64,000 nt of DNA from Gemmatimonadota bacterium (lineage in GTDB: Bacteria; Gemmatimonadota; Gemmatimonadetes; Gemmatimonadales; Gemmatimonadaceae): the NCBI GenBank assembly GCA_026387935.1, contig JAPLKU010000022.1, positions 520 to 64,519 of the forward strand. The letters are read 5' to 3'. Each line of letters starts with the position of its first letter. Position 1 is the first letter of the stretch. Positions 1-7,730 of the stretch are shown here, piece after piece. The notes beneath the pieces were generated by a model that saw only the letters and a list, made by a program, of their open reading frames with translations, did not search any database and was not told the origin of the DNA. A program made the position numbers and the translations under genes.

Positions 1-614
1 CGCGGTTGACGATCGTCGCGGGGGCGCACGTCCACCTGCATCACGTCCCACGTGCGGGCGCCCACGCGGATGGAGAGCGAATCGGTGATCGCGAACTCGT
101 AGGCGTCCCTTCCTCGGCCGGAAAGCGGGTGCGGCACGTCGCGCACCTCGTCTCCGTCGCCCAGCCGAATGATGGCTGGGAAGTTGTTCTGGACGATTGC
201 GAGGTGGTCGCGGTGGTAGTTGATGTCCGTGGGGAGCATCAGGGTGTCCCGCCGCCCGACGACGCGCTGCTTGCTCTGATTTGGTGCGCGCCAATAGACT
301 TCCACCGCGAGTTCGTCGGCGCGCACGACCTGCGGCGGATCGGGGTACCCTTCCCCGAGCTGCGCAAGAAAGGTCAGGTATCCGTGCGCGACCGCGCGAT
401 AGTCAGCGAGTCCAGAGTCCGCGAGCTGCGCTGACCGCCGCGCGATGGCCCGGTCCACGAGAGAGATTGTGCGAGGATCGTTCCAGACCGCGGCGGCGGA
501 TTCGCGCCCACCCTGCGCCTGGAGCGCAGGCAGGGGGGCGGTCGATGCAGTCAGTACGCAAACGACAGCGAGCACACGGACCGCCAGGCCGTTGGCGGCG
601 ACACGAGGAGGCAT
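1..614 (-). CDS. hypothetical secreted protein (3' end runs off the window)
   Basis: The reverse frame is open from the window edge to ATG 614..612. The N-terminus MPPRVAANGLAVRVLAVVCVLTASTAPLPALQA|QGG looks like a signal peptide. Forward ORF 6..434 is its antisense shadow. Confidence 0.5.
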   Translation of the reverse strand, partial: MPPRVAANGLAVRVLAVVCVLTASTAPLPALQAQGGRESAAAVWNDPRTISLVDRAIARRSAQLADSGLADYRAVAHGYLTFLAQLGEGYPDPPQVVRADELAVEVYWRAPNQSKQRVVGRRDTLMLPTDINYHRDHLAIVQNNFPAIIRLGDGDEVRDVPHPLSGRGRDAYEFAITDSLSIRVGARTWDVMQVDVRPRDDRQP

Positions 615-686
615 GGTGGCAGTATCGCGGGGTGCCCGTGTGTGGGCAACGGAGGCAGGCGGCGCCGAAACGCCGGAGCTGGCTCG

Positions 687-2219
687 ATGAAAGGCGGATT
701 CGCCGAGTTCATGAGCCGGGCCCGGGTGCACTCGCTCGTGCCAGTCTGGCGCGACTGCCTGCTGGACCTCGACACGCCCGTGTCAGCCTACGCGCGGCTG
801 CGCGCGGCCGGCACCCCGGGCGCGTCGCGATTCGCCTTTCTGCTTGAGAGCGCGCCGGCCGGCAGCGACACCTGGGCGCGCTACACCTTTCTCGGCGCCG
901 ATCCGACGGCCGCGTGGCGGTTGGTGGATGGTACGGTCGAAGACTGGGATACCGCGCGTGGCTGGCATGGCGCGCGTCGGCCGGCCGACCCCATTGAGGA
1001 CCTGCGCGAGCAATTGTCGGCGCGCATGCCGATCGACGCGCCAGAAGCGGGACCGTTCTGGGGCGGCGCGGTGGGCTACTTCGCGTATGACGTCGTCCGG
1101 CACATCGAAGATCTGCCGTCCCCGCCGCCGCGCGGTGTGGCGGCGCCGGATTCCGTGTTCGTGTTCACGCGGACGATGGTGATCATCGACAACCTCAAGG
1201 CGCAGGCACGGGTCACCTGTGCGGTACCGCTCGACGCGGATCTCTCCGAACCGGCGTTGCGCGCGGCGTGGGATGCGGCGCAGCGCGACATCGACGCCGT
1301 GATCACCAGGCTGCGGACCGGCCCATCACTGAAGCCGATTGATCTCGACGCGACGGCCGCGCCGGCAGAGGGGCGCTCGACCTATTCGCGAGAAGCGTTC
1401 ATGGCCGGTGTGGAGCGCATCAAGGAGTACATCGTGGCGGGCGACTGCTTTCAAGCACTGCTCGCCCGGCGCATCGTGGTGCCACACGACTTCGACGGGA
1501 CGGCGCTCTACCGCGCGATTCGTGCGCTGAATCCGTCGCCGTACATGTATCACCTCCTCCTCGACGGCGTGGAAATCGTCGGCAGCTCACCCGAGTTGCA
1601 GGTGCGCGTCACCGACGGCAAGGCGATAGTGCGGCCAATTGCCGGCACCTGTCCCCGCGGCGCCACACCCGAGGAAGATGCGCGGCTCGCCGATGCCCTC
1701 CTGCGCGACGAAAAGGAACGCGCGGAGCATGTGATGCTCGTGGACCTCGGCCGCAACGACATCGGCCGTATCGCCGAGTACGGCTCGGTGAAGGTCACGC
1801 AACTGATGGTGGTCGAGCGCTTTTCACACGTGCAGCACATTGTGAGCGAAGTGGAGGGCACGATTGCCGCCGACCGCTCGTGCCTCGGGGTGTTCCGTGC
1901 CACGTTCCCGGCGGGCACGATGACCGGCGCGCCAAAGGTGCGCGCGATGGAGATTATCGATTCGTTGGAGCCGGAACGACGCGGGCCCTATTCGGGCGCC
2001 ATTGGGTATGTAGCCTACGGCGACCGCCGGATGGATCTGGCGATCACGATTCGCACCTGCGTGATTGCCGGAGGCGAGGCGAACGTGAATGCCGGCGCCG
2101 GAATCGTGGCGGACTCGGTTCCGGAAAAAGAGTGGGCGGAAACAGAGGTGAAGGCGCGTGCAATGCTGACCGCGATCGGTCGTGTACGAGCGGCCAATAC
2201 GCCATATTCTGTGCAATGA
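687..2219 (+). CDS. trpE: anthranilate synthase component I
   Basis: ORF 642..2219, with ATG 687 (MKGGFAEF) as the most plausible start. Chorismate-binding motifs are present: LLESA, NPSPYMY, GAPKVRAMEII, RGPYSGAIGY. Confidence 0.85.
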   Translation: MKGGFAEFMSRARVHSLVPVWRDCLLDLDTPVSAYARLRAAGTPGASRFAFLLESAPAGSDTWARYTFLGADPTAAWRLVDGTVEDWDTARGWHGARRPADPIEDLREQLSARMPIDAPEAGPFWGGAVGYFAYDVVRHIEDLPSPPPRGVAAPDSVFVFTRTMVIIDNLKAQARVTCAVPLDADLSEPALRAAWDAAQRDIDAVITRLRTGPSLKPIDLDATAAPAEGRSTYSREAFMAGVERIKEYIVAGDCFQALLARRIVVPHDFDGTALYRAIRALNPSPYMYHLLLDGVEIVGSSPELQVRVTDGKAIVRPIAGTCPRGATPEEDARLADALLRDEKERAEHVMLVDLGRNDIGRIAEYGSVKVTQLMVVERFSHVQHIVSEVEGTIAADRSCLGVFRATFPAGTMTGAPKVRAMEIIDSLEPERRGPYSGAIGYVAYGDRRMDLAITIRTCVIAGGEANVNAGAGIVADSVPEKEWAETEVKARAMLTAIGRVRAANTPYSVQ

Positions 2220-2623
2220 CGCTGCAGCTTTCCGGCATCGACAACGAGTACGCGTTCGAACTGCGCCCCAAGACGACGATGGTCCTCGGCCGGGCCGTGA
2301 ACTCGGACTGCGCCGTGGTTGAGGCCACCGTCTCGCGGCGTCACGCGGAAATGGCCGTCACGGAAGAAGGGATTCAGGTGAAGGACCTGGGCTCCAGCAA
2401 CGGGACGTTCGTGAACGGCGTAAAGATTGACAGTTATTTCGTTGCGCCTGGCGATACGGTAAACACGGCGAGCCGCCTGTGCGGCAAAGCTGGGGCGGGC
2501 GAGATTCTCGTGAGCGAGAAGTTCAAGGACTCGCTCATGACGCCACCGCGCATGACACCGATGCCGCCGATGGAGTTGAAGAACAAGAGCCAGCCCGTCA
2601 CAGTATTCAAAGTCGTGCGGTGA
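2216..2623 (+). CDS. FHA-domain protein with a C-terminal fragment of a class III nucleotidyl cyclase domain
   Basis: ATG 2216 overlaps the trpE stop (ATGA). Residues 1-83 fit the FHA consensus (VLGR, VSRRHAEM, DLGSSNGTFVNG, APGD). Residues 84-135 (VNTASRLCGKAGAGEILVSEKF...ELKNKSQPVTVFKV) match only the tail of cyclase domains. Confidence 0.7.
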   Translation: MTLQLSGIDNEYAFELRPKTTMVLGRAVNSDCAVVEATVSRRHAEMAVTEEGIQVKDLGSSNGTFVNGVKIDSYFVAPGDTVNTASRLCGKAGAGEILVSEKFKDSLMTPPRMTPMPPMELKNKSQPVTVFKVVR

Positions 2624-3405
2624 GCGAGTCCGGCACGCCCGCAGGGTATCGCGAGAGCGCGCTCGGTACGGCGACAATGGTCGCCCGCGAGCACCAGCAC
2701 GACGCGATTCGCGAGACGCTGGCGCGAGGCACGCTCCACCAGTGGGCGGCCACGCAGCCCAATGCGCGGCCATTTCAAGGGCGAGACATTGCGTGGGCGA
2801 CTGCGCTGGGCAACGGGACCAAAGTCGTCGTGCGGCATTCACGCCATGGCGGCGCACTCGCGGCGCTCACCGGCGATCTCTTCCTCGCACCGACGCGTGC
2901 CCCGCAAGAGTTGCGGACGGTGTTGCGGTTGCGCGAAGCGGGAGTGGCCACGCCGGAGATGATCGCGTATGTCGTGTACGCCGCCATCGGACCCTTTCGG
3001 CGCGCTGACGTGGCCACCGCCCTCGTAGATGGCGTTGATTTGCCGCGCGCATGGACGACCAGCCCAACTCCCTCAGCTCGCCAGCCGATGATTGACGCGG
3101 TGGCGGCGCTCCTGAAGTCGCTGGCGGCCGTCGGCGCCCATCATCCGGACCTGAACGCGAAGAATATGCTCATCGGCACCCAGGCCGGCGCTCCGCGCGC
3201 CTGGGTGCTGGACGTGGACCGCGTGACATTCGGGCGCGCCAACGATCCGGCGATCGCGAAAAAGAACATGATGCGGTTGGGCAGTTCGCTACTCAAGCTT
3301 GGCACCGCGCACGGGCTCGATATCAGGGAGGAGGACTGGCAGCGTCTCGCCGCTCAGGCTGGGGTGGTGGTCTCGCCCGGTAAGCCGGTACCGGTGCTCC
3401 GATGA
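2620..3405 (+). CDS. lipopolysaccharide kinase family protein (Kdo/WaaP-like)
   Basis: GTG 2620 overlaps the preceding stop (GTGA); ATG 2677 is an alternative start. It has a kinase catalytic-loop-like HPDLNAKNML motif, followed by VLDVDRV. Confidence 0.6.
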   Translation: MSESGTPAGYRESALGTATMVAREHQHDAIRETLARGTLHQWAATQPNARPFQGRDIAWATALGNGTKVVVRHSRHGGALAALTGDLFLAPTRAPQELRTVLRLREAGVATPEMIAYVVYAAIGPFRRADVATALVDGVDLPRAWTTSPTPSARQPMIDAVAALLKSLAAVGAHHPDLNAKNMLIGTQAGAPRAWVLDVDRVTFGRANDPAIAKKNMMRLGSSLLKLGTAHGLDIREEDWQRLAAQAGVVVSPGKPVPVLR

Positions 3406-4469
3406 AGCCGGCGCTCCGCAATGCCGGCGCACCCGGCGCCGATGTGCCACTCGACCATGTACTGGTGGTGATGATGAGCGCGGTGGGCGACGCGGTGCAC
3501 GTCTTGCCGGTGCTGCACGCCATCAAGCGGGTTTCGCCTGCGACGAAGGTGACGTGGGTACTGCAGCCCGGGCCGGCCACCCTCGTGCGTGGGCATCCAC
3601 TCGTCGACGACATCGTGTTGTTCGACCGCTCGGCGGGCCTCCGCGGGTTTCTCGATGTGCGTCGCGAGCTCGCCACACGCCCGGCGAGCGTCGTCTTGAA
3701 CCTCCAGGTGTACTTCAAGGCCGGGATCATCACGACGTTCACGCAGGCGCCGGTGAAGCTCGGATTCGACCACGCGCGCGCACGGGACATGAACTGGCTC
3801 TTCACCACGCACCGTATTCCACCGCATGCGATGCAGCACGTGCAAGACCAGTATTTCGAGTTCTCCGATTGGCTTGGCATGCCGTCGGAGCCGGTGACCT
3901 GGGGCCTCGGCCCCTGGAATGACGAAGAGCGGGCCTGGCAGCGTGAGTTCATCGCGCCATTCGAACGGCCAATCGCACCGATCGTCATTGCGACGAGCAA
4001 AGCGCAGAAGGACTGGATGCCGGAGCGATGGGCCGAGGTGTGCGACGCCCTCTGGCACGATTTCGGGCTTCAGCCTGTGCTTGTGGGCGGTAAGTCGCCG
4101 CGCGAGCTGGCGGCCGAACAGGTGATTTTTGCAAGAGCGAACCAGAAACCGGTGTCGGCGCTCGGCAGCGGACTGCGCAGGCTCGCCGCGATCATCGACT
4201 CGGCCGCGCTGGTGCTCTCGCCGGACACGGGACCGCTGCACATGACGGTGGCGCTTCAGCGACCGGTGGTGTCGCTGATTGGATATTCGAACCCAAAGCG
4301 CGTCGGCCCCTACCGGTGGTGCCGCGACCTCATGATTGACGCGTATGGCGAGCCGGGCGAGGACTACCCGGTGTCGATGGAGAACCGGCTGGACCGAATG
4401 CCGCGGATCTCCGTGCGCGACGTACTGGATCGCGTGGAACGGTGGCGCAGCAGCTACAAGACGGGTTGA
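3402..4469 (+). CDS. glycosyltransferase family 9 (ADP-heptose:LPS heptosyltransferase-like)
   Basis: ATG 3402 overlaps the preceding stop (ATGA). The N-terminus VLVVMMSAVGDAVHVLPVLHAIK and the C-terminal SPDTGPLHMTVAL are typical of GT9. Confidence 0.8.
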   Translation: MKPALRNAGAPGADVPLDHVLVVMMSAVGDAVHVLPVLHAIKRVSPATKVTWVLQPGPATLVRGHPLVDDIVLFDRSAGLRGFLDVRRELATRPASVVLNLQVYFKAGIITTFTQAPVKLGFDHARARDMNWLFTTHRIPPHAMQHVQDQYFEFSDWLGMPSEPVTWGLGPWNDEERAWQREFIAPFERPIAPIVIATSKAQKDWMPERWAEVCDALWHDFGLQPVLVGGKSPRELAAEQVIFARANQKPVSALGSGLRRLAAIIDSAALVLSPDTGPLHMTVALQRPVVSLIGYSNPKRVGPYRWCRDLMIDAYGEPGEDYPVSMENRLDRMPRISVRDVLDRVERWRSSYKTG

Positions 4470-4508
4470 CGGTTCACGGTTGGCGGCTGACGGTTGACGG
4501 CTGACGGT
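4467..4508 (+). repeat. six tandem heptamers (TGACGGY-like) starting at the stop codon of the GT9 gene
   Basis: The units are TGACGGT TCACGGT TGGCGGC TGACGGT TGACGGC TGACGGT. The TGAs at 4488, 4495 and 4502 fall in three different frames. Confidence 0.8.
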
Positions 4509-4557
4509 CACCAGCAGATCAGCAGTCGAGCAGCTTCAGAATTTCTTTTGCGCGGCT

Positions 4558-5184
4558 CTAGAGGTCTTCGAACTTACTGCGCTCACTAGCGGTGACTATT
4601 CCGCGCGTAAAGTCATACTGCAGGCCGACTTCCGAGACCAATGCAACCAGCCGCCGGAGGCCGAGGCCCATCACGCTGAAGTAGTCGCCCTCGACGCGAT
4701 CAATCAGCGTCGCGCCGAATCCCTGAATCCCATACGCACCAGCTTTGTCCATCGGCTCGCCGGTGCCGACGTAGTCACGAATCTCATCGTCGCTGAGTGC
4801 GCGAAACACCACTTCCACGCGCTCGACGCCCGACGCCGTGTGGCCATTGAACGCGACCGCGACCGCGGTGAAGACTCGATGCCGGCGCCCACTCAGCCGC
4901 CGCAGCATCCGCGCCGCGTCAGCGGCATCGACAGGCTTCCCGAGCACGTCGTCATCCACGACGACGATCGTGTCGGCGGCGATCACGACGGCACCGGCAT
5001 CCTGCGCGGCAATCTTGTGCGCCTTTCCGCGTGCGAGGCGTTCTGCGTACACCAGCGGCGCTTCACCAACGAGCAGCGTTTCGTCGATATCGGCGGGGCG
5101 AACCTCGTGCGTGACGCCGATCAGGGAGAGCAACTCGCGGCGGCGCGGTGATGCCGAGGCAAGAATGACGCGTGGCGCGCTCAT
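4558..5184 (-). CDS. maf: Maf-like nucleoside triphosphate pyrophosphatase
   Basis: The N-terminus VILASASPRRRELL and the GAYGIQG motif fit the Maf family. Its ATG overlaps the dtd stop (ATGA). Confidence 0.85.
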   Translation of the reverse strand: MSAPRVILASASPRRRELLSLIGVTHEVRPADIDETLLVGEAPLVYAERLARGKAHKIAAQDAGAVVIAADTIVVVDDDVLGKPVDAADAARMLRRLSGRRHRVFTAVAVAFNGHTASGVERVEVVFRALSDDEIRDYVGTGEPMDKAGAYGIQGFGATLIDRVEGDYFSVMGLGLRRLVALVSEVGLQYDFTRGIVTASERSKFEDL

Positions 5185-5618
5185 CGCTCGAGCCAGAGCG
5201 TCACGGGTCCGTCGTTGACGAGATCGACTTGCATGTCGGCGCCAAATTCACCGGTGGAGACCTGCACGGCACGTTCGCGCAGTGCGACGACGAACTGCTC
5301 GTAGAGTGGCGTTGCCAGATCGGGATGGGCGGCCTGAATAAAACTGGGCCTGCGCCCCTTTTGCGCGTCGCCGTAGAGCGTGAACTGCGACACGACGAGC
5401 AACGCACCGCCCACGTCGGCGAGGGCGAGGTTCATCTTCCCTTCCACGTCGCTGAACAGCCGGAGCCCGACAATCTTGTCGGCCATCCACTGCACCTTTT
5501 CTTCCGTGTCGCCCTGCGTAAACCCGACCAGGATGACGAATCCGAGCGCGATGCGGCCGGTTTCGCGCCCTGCGACGGTGACGGCTGCGCGCGATACGCG
5601 CTGGAGGAGGACTCGCAT
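5181..5618 (-). CDS. dtd: D-aminoacyl-tRNA deacylase
   Basis: The start is ATG 5618 (MRVLLQRVSRA), inside ORF 5181..5660. The SQFTLYGD motif is present. Confidence 0.9.
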   Translation of the reverse strand: MRVLLQRVSRAAVTVAGRETGRIALGFVILVGFTQGDTEEKVQWMADKIVGLRLFSDVEGKMNLALADVGGALLVVSQFTLYGDAQKGRRPSFIQAAHPDLATPLYEQFVVALRERAVQVSTGEFGADMQVDLVNDGPVTLWLER

Positions 5619-5837
5619 TGGAGGTAAGATAGCGGGACATGGACAAAGATCGCCGCACACTGGACTGGATACACGCCGGCCATTACCACGGGATGTGGGG
5701 CGCCGTGGGGATGTTCATCTTCGGCAGCTCGATGGTTGGATTTGGGCTTCCACTCACGCACGCGAGGCCATCGCGCGCATCAAGGCCGAGCCGGACACTG
5801 GAGCGTAGCGCGGCGATACCGGTGGCCGCGCGGGCGG

Positions 5838-7664
5838 CTACTCGACCGTGACGCTCTTGGCGAGGTTGCGCGGCTGGTCCACATTCGCCCCGCGTTTGAC
5901 CGCGATGTAGTAGGCGAGCAGCTGGAGCGGCACCGCGGCCAGAATCGGCATCAGCATGTCGAGCGTCTCCGGGATCCGGATCTCGTAGTCAATGAGGCCT
6001 TTGAGATTCGGCTCATCGCGGCTCGTGATGACAATGGTGCGGCCATGGCGCGCGCGCACTTCCTGAATGTTCGAGACCACTTTTTCGAACACCGCATCGT
6101 GCGGCGCAACGAACACCACCGGCATCTCCTCGTCGATCAGCGCAATGGGGCCATGCTTCATTTCCGCCGCCGGATAGCCCTCGGCGTGGATGTAGGAAAT
6201 CTCCTTCAGCTTGAGGGCACCTTCGAGCGCCGTTGGGAAACTGTAGCCGCGGCCGAGGTAGAGAAAATTTGTCGCATCCTTGAACTCTTCGGCGATGGTT
6301 TCGATGGCCTTCGCCGATTCGAGCACCGTTCGGATCTGGTCGGGCAGGTGGTGCATCGCCTGCGCGATTTCGCGGCCGCGCACAACGGAGAGATCGTGCT
6401 TCCGTGCCAGCTTGAGCGTGAACAGCGCGAGCGCCACCACTTGGCTGGTGAATGCCTTGGTGCTGGCGACGCCTATTTCTGGCCCGGCGTGCAAGTACAC
6501 GCCGCCGTCGTCTTCTCGAGCGATGGTGGATCCGACGACATTGACGAACCCCAACGTGCGCGCCCCGCGCCGTTTGGCCTCGCGCATCGCGGCCAGGGTG
6601 TCGGCCGTCTCCCCCGATTGCGACATCACAATACAAAGCGTGCGATCGGTGACGATCGGGTTCTTGTACCGGAACTCCGATGCGTACTCCACCTCGACCG
6701 GAATACGACACAGTTCCTCAATCATCATCTCGCCGATGAGCGCCGAGTGCCAGGAGGTGCCGCAGGCGGTGATAATGACGTTGTCGATGTGGAGCAGTTC
6801 GTCGTGTGAGAGGTTCAGACCGCCGAGCTTTGCGGTGCCGTCGTCGAGAATAAGGCGGCCGCGCATGGTGTTCTCGACGCTCGTGGGCTGCTCGAAGATT
6901 TCCTTGAGCATGAAGTGGTCGAAGCCACCGCGCTCGATTTCAGCCAGATCCCAGAGGATGCGATCCACTTTCCGCGACATCGGCGTGGCGTGGGCGTCGA
7001 TGACCCGGTATGAATCGCGCTCGATGACGGCGATATCGCCATCATCCAGGTACACCACCTGGCGCGTGTGCGCGAGGATCGCCGAGGGGTCAGAGGCGAG
7101 AAAGTTTTCGCCGACGCCGACGCCGATGAGGAGCGGGCTTCCCTTTCGCGCCGCCACGATCTTGTTGGGATCCTTGTCGCACATGACCGCAAGCCCGTAC
7201 GTCCCCTCGATTTTGCTCAGCGCCGCGAGGAGGGCCTCTTCAAGCGACCCATCGAAGAGCTCCTGAATGAGATGGGCGATGACTTCGGTGTCCGTGTCAG
7301 ACGTGAACACATAGCCAAGTTCCTGCAACGCCGATCGAAGCGCATTCGCATTCTCGATGATGCCGTTGTGCACCACTGCGACCGTGCCATCGGCGGAGCG
7401 ATGCGGATGGGCGTTTTTCTCCGTTGGCGGACCGTGCGTAGCCCAGCGCGTGTGGCCGATGCCGACATGTCCAGCGAGCGGTGCTGCCGCCAGTGCGGCT
7501 TCGAGCTTCGCAATCTTGCCCGGCGTACGCCGTGTGTTGAGCGTCTTGCCGTCGTAGACTGCGACGCCGGCAGAGTCATAGCCGCGATACTCCATGCGCT
7601 TCAGCCCCTCGATGAGGAGCGGAACCACGTCCTTGGGTCCGAGGTAGCCGATAATGCCGCACAT
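5838..7664 (-). CDS. glmS: glutamine--fructose-6-phosphate aminotransferase
   Basis: It has the MCGIIGY N-terminal nucleophile, tandem SIS domains, and the characteristic C-terminal ...NLAKSVTVE. Confidence 0.95.
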   Translation of the reverse strand: MCGIIGYLGPKDVVPLLIEGLKRMEYRGYDSAGVAVYDGKTLNTRRTPGKIAKLEAALAAAPLAGHVGIGHTRWATHGPPTEKNAHPHRSADGTVAVVHNGIIENANALRSALQELGYVFTSDTDTEVIAHLIQELFDGSLEEALLAALSKIEGTYGLAVMCDKDPNKIVAARKGSPLLIGVGVGENFLASDPSAILAHTRQVVYLDDGDIAVIERDSYRVIDAHATPMSRKVDRILWDLAEIERGGFDHFMLKEIFEQPTSVENTMRGRLILDDGTAKLGGLNLSHDELLHIDNVIITACGTSWHSALIGEMMIEELCRIPVEVEYASEFRYKNPIVTDRTLCIVMSQSGETADTLAAMREAKRRGARTLGFVNVVGSTIAREDDGGVYLHAGPEIGVASTKAFTSQVVALALFTLKLARKHDLSVVRGREIAQAMHHLPDQIRTVLESAKAIETIAEEFKDATNFLYLGRGYSFPTALEGALKLKEISYIHAEGYPAAEMKHGPIALIDEEMPVVFVAPHDAVFEKVVSNIQEVRARHGRTIVITSRDEPNLKGLIDYEIRIPETLDMLMPILAAVPLQLLAYYIAVKRGANVDQPRNLAKSVTVE

Positions 7665-7673
7665 GGGAGCTAG

Positions 7674-7701
7674 AGGGCAGAAGGGAGACGGGAGACGGGC
7701 G
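7674..7701 (-). repeat. four tandem heptamers in the glmS leader
   Basis: The plus strand reads AGGGCAG AAGGGAG ACGGGAG ACGGGCG. On the transcribed strand this is C-rich (CGCCCGT CTCCCGT CTCCCTT CTGCCCT) and lies 10-37 nt upstream of the glmS ATG. Confidence 0.7.
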
Positions 7702-7730
7702 TAACGACCCGACGAACGACGTGCACGGCG

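Noticed and set aside
642-686. Long N-terminal extensions implied by the ORF track for many genes (for example trpE 642, dtd 5660, UbiA 17187, UbiD 18511, gpmI 30664, BNR 49002, gcdH 55255, cstA 58562, S9 60624).
   Set aside because: The extensions are Arg-rich and non-conserved-looking, and they often overlap the neighbouring gene. Internal starts give canonical N-termini or signal peptides and tidy stop/start junctions.
5639-5851. A possible small membrane protein (MDKDRRTLDWIHAGHYHGMWGAVGMFIFGSSMVGFG...) in the 219-nt dtd/glmS spacer.
   Set aside because: Only the first ~40 codons look coding, and the rest reads as Arg/Ser/Pro-rich noise that overlaps the glmS 3' end. The GGAGG is 14 nt from the ATG. 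It cannot be supported without conservation or expression data.
7665-7730. Looked for a glmS ribozyme upstream of glmS.
   Set aside because: The spacer is only 66 nt and lacks the conserved ribozyme core. No ribozyme is present.
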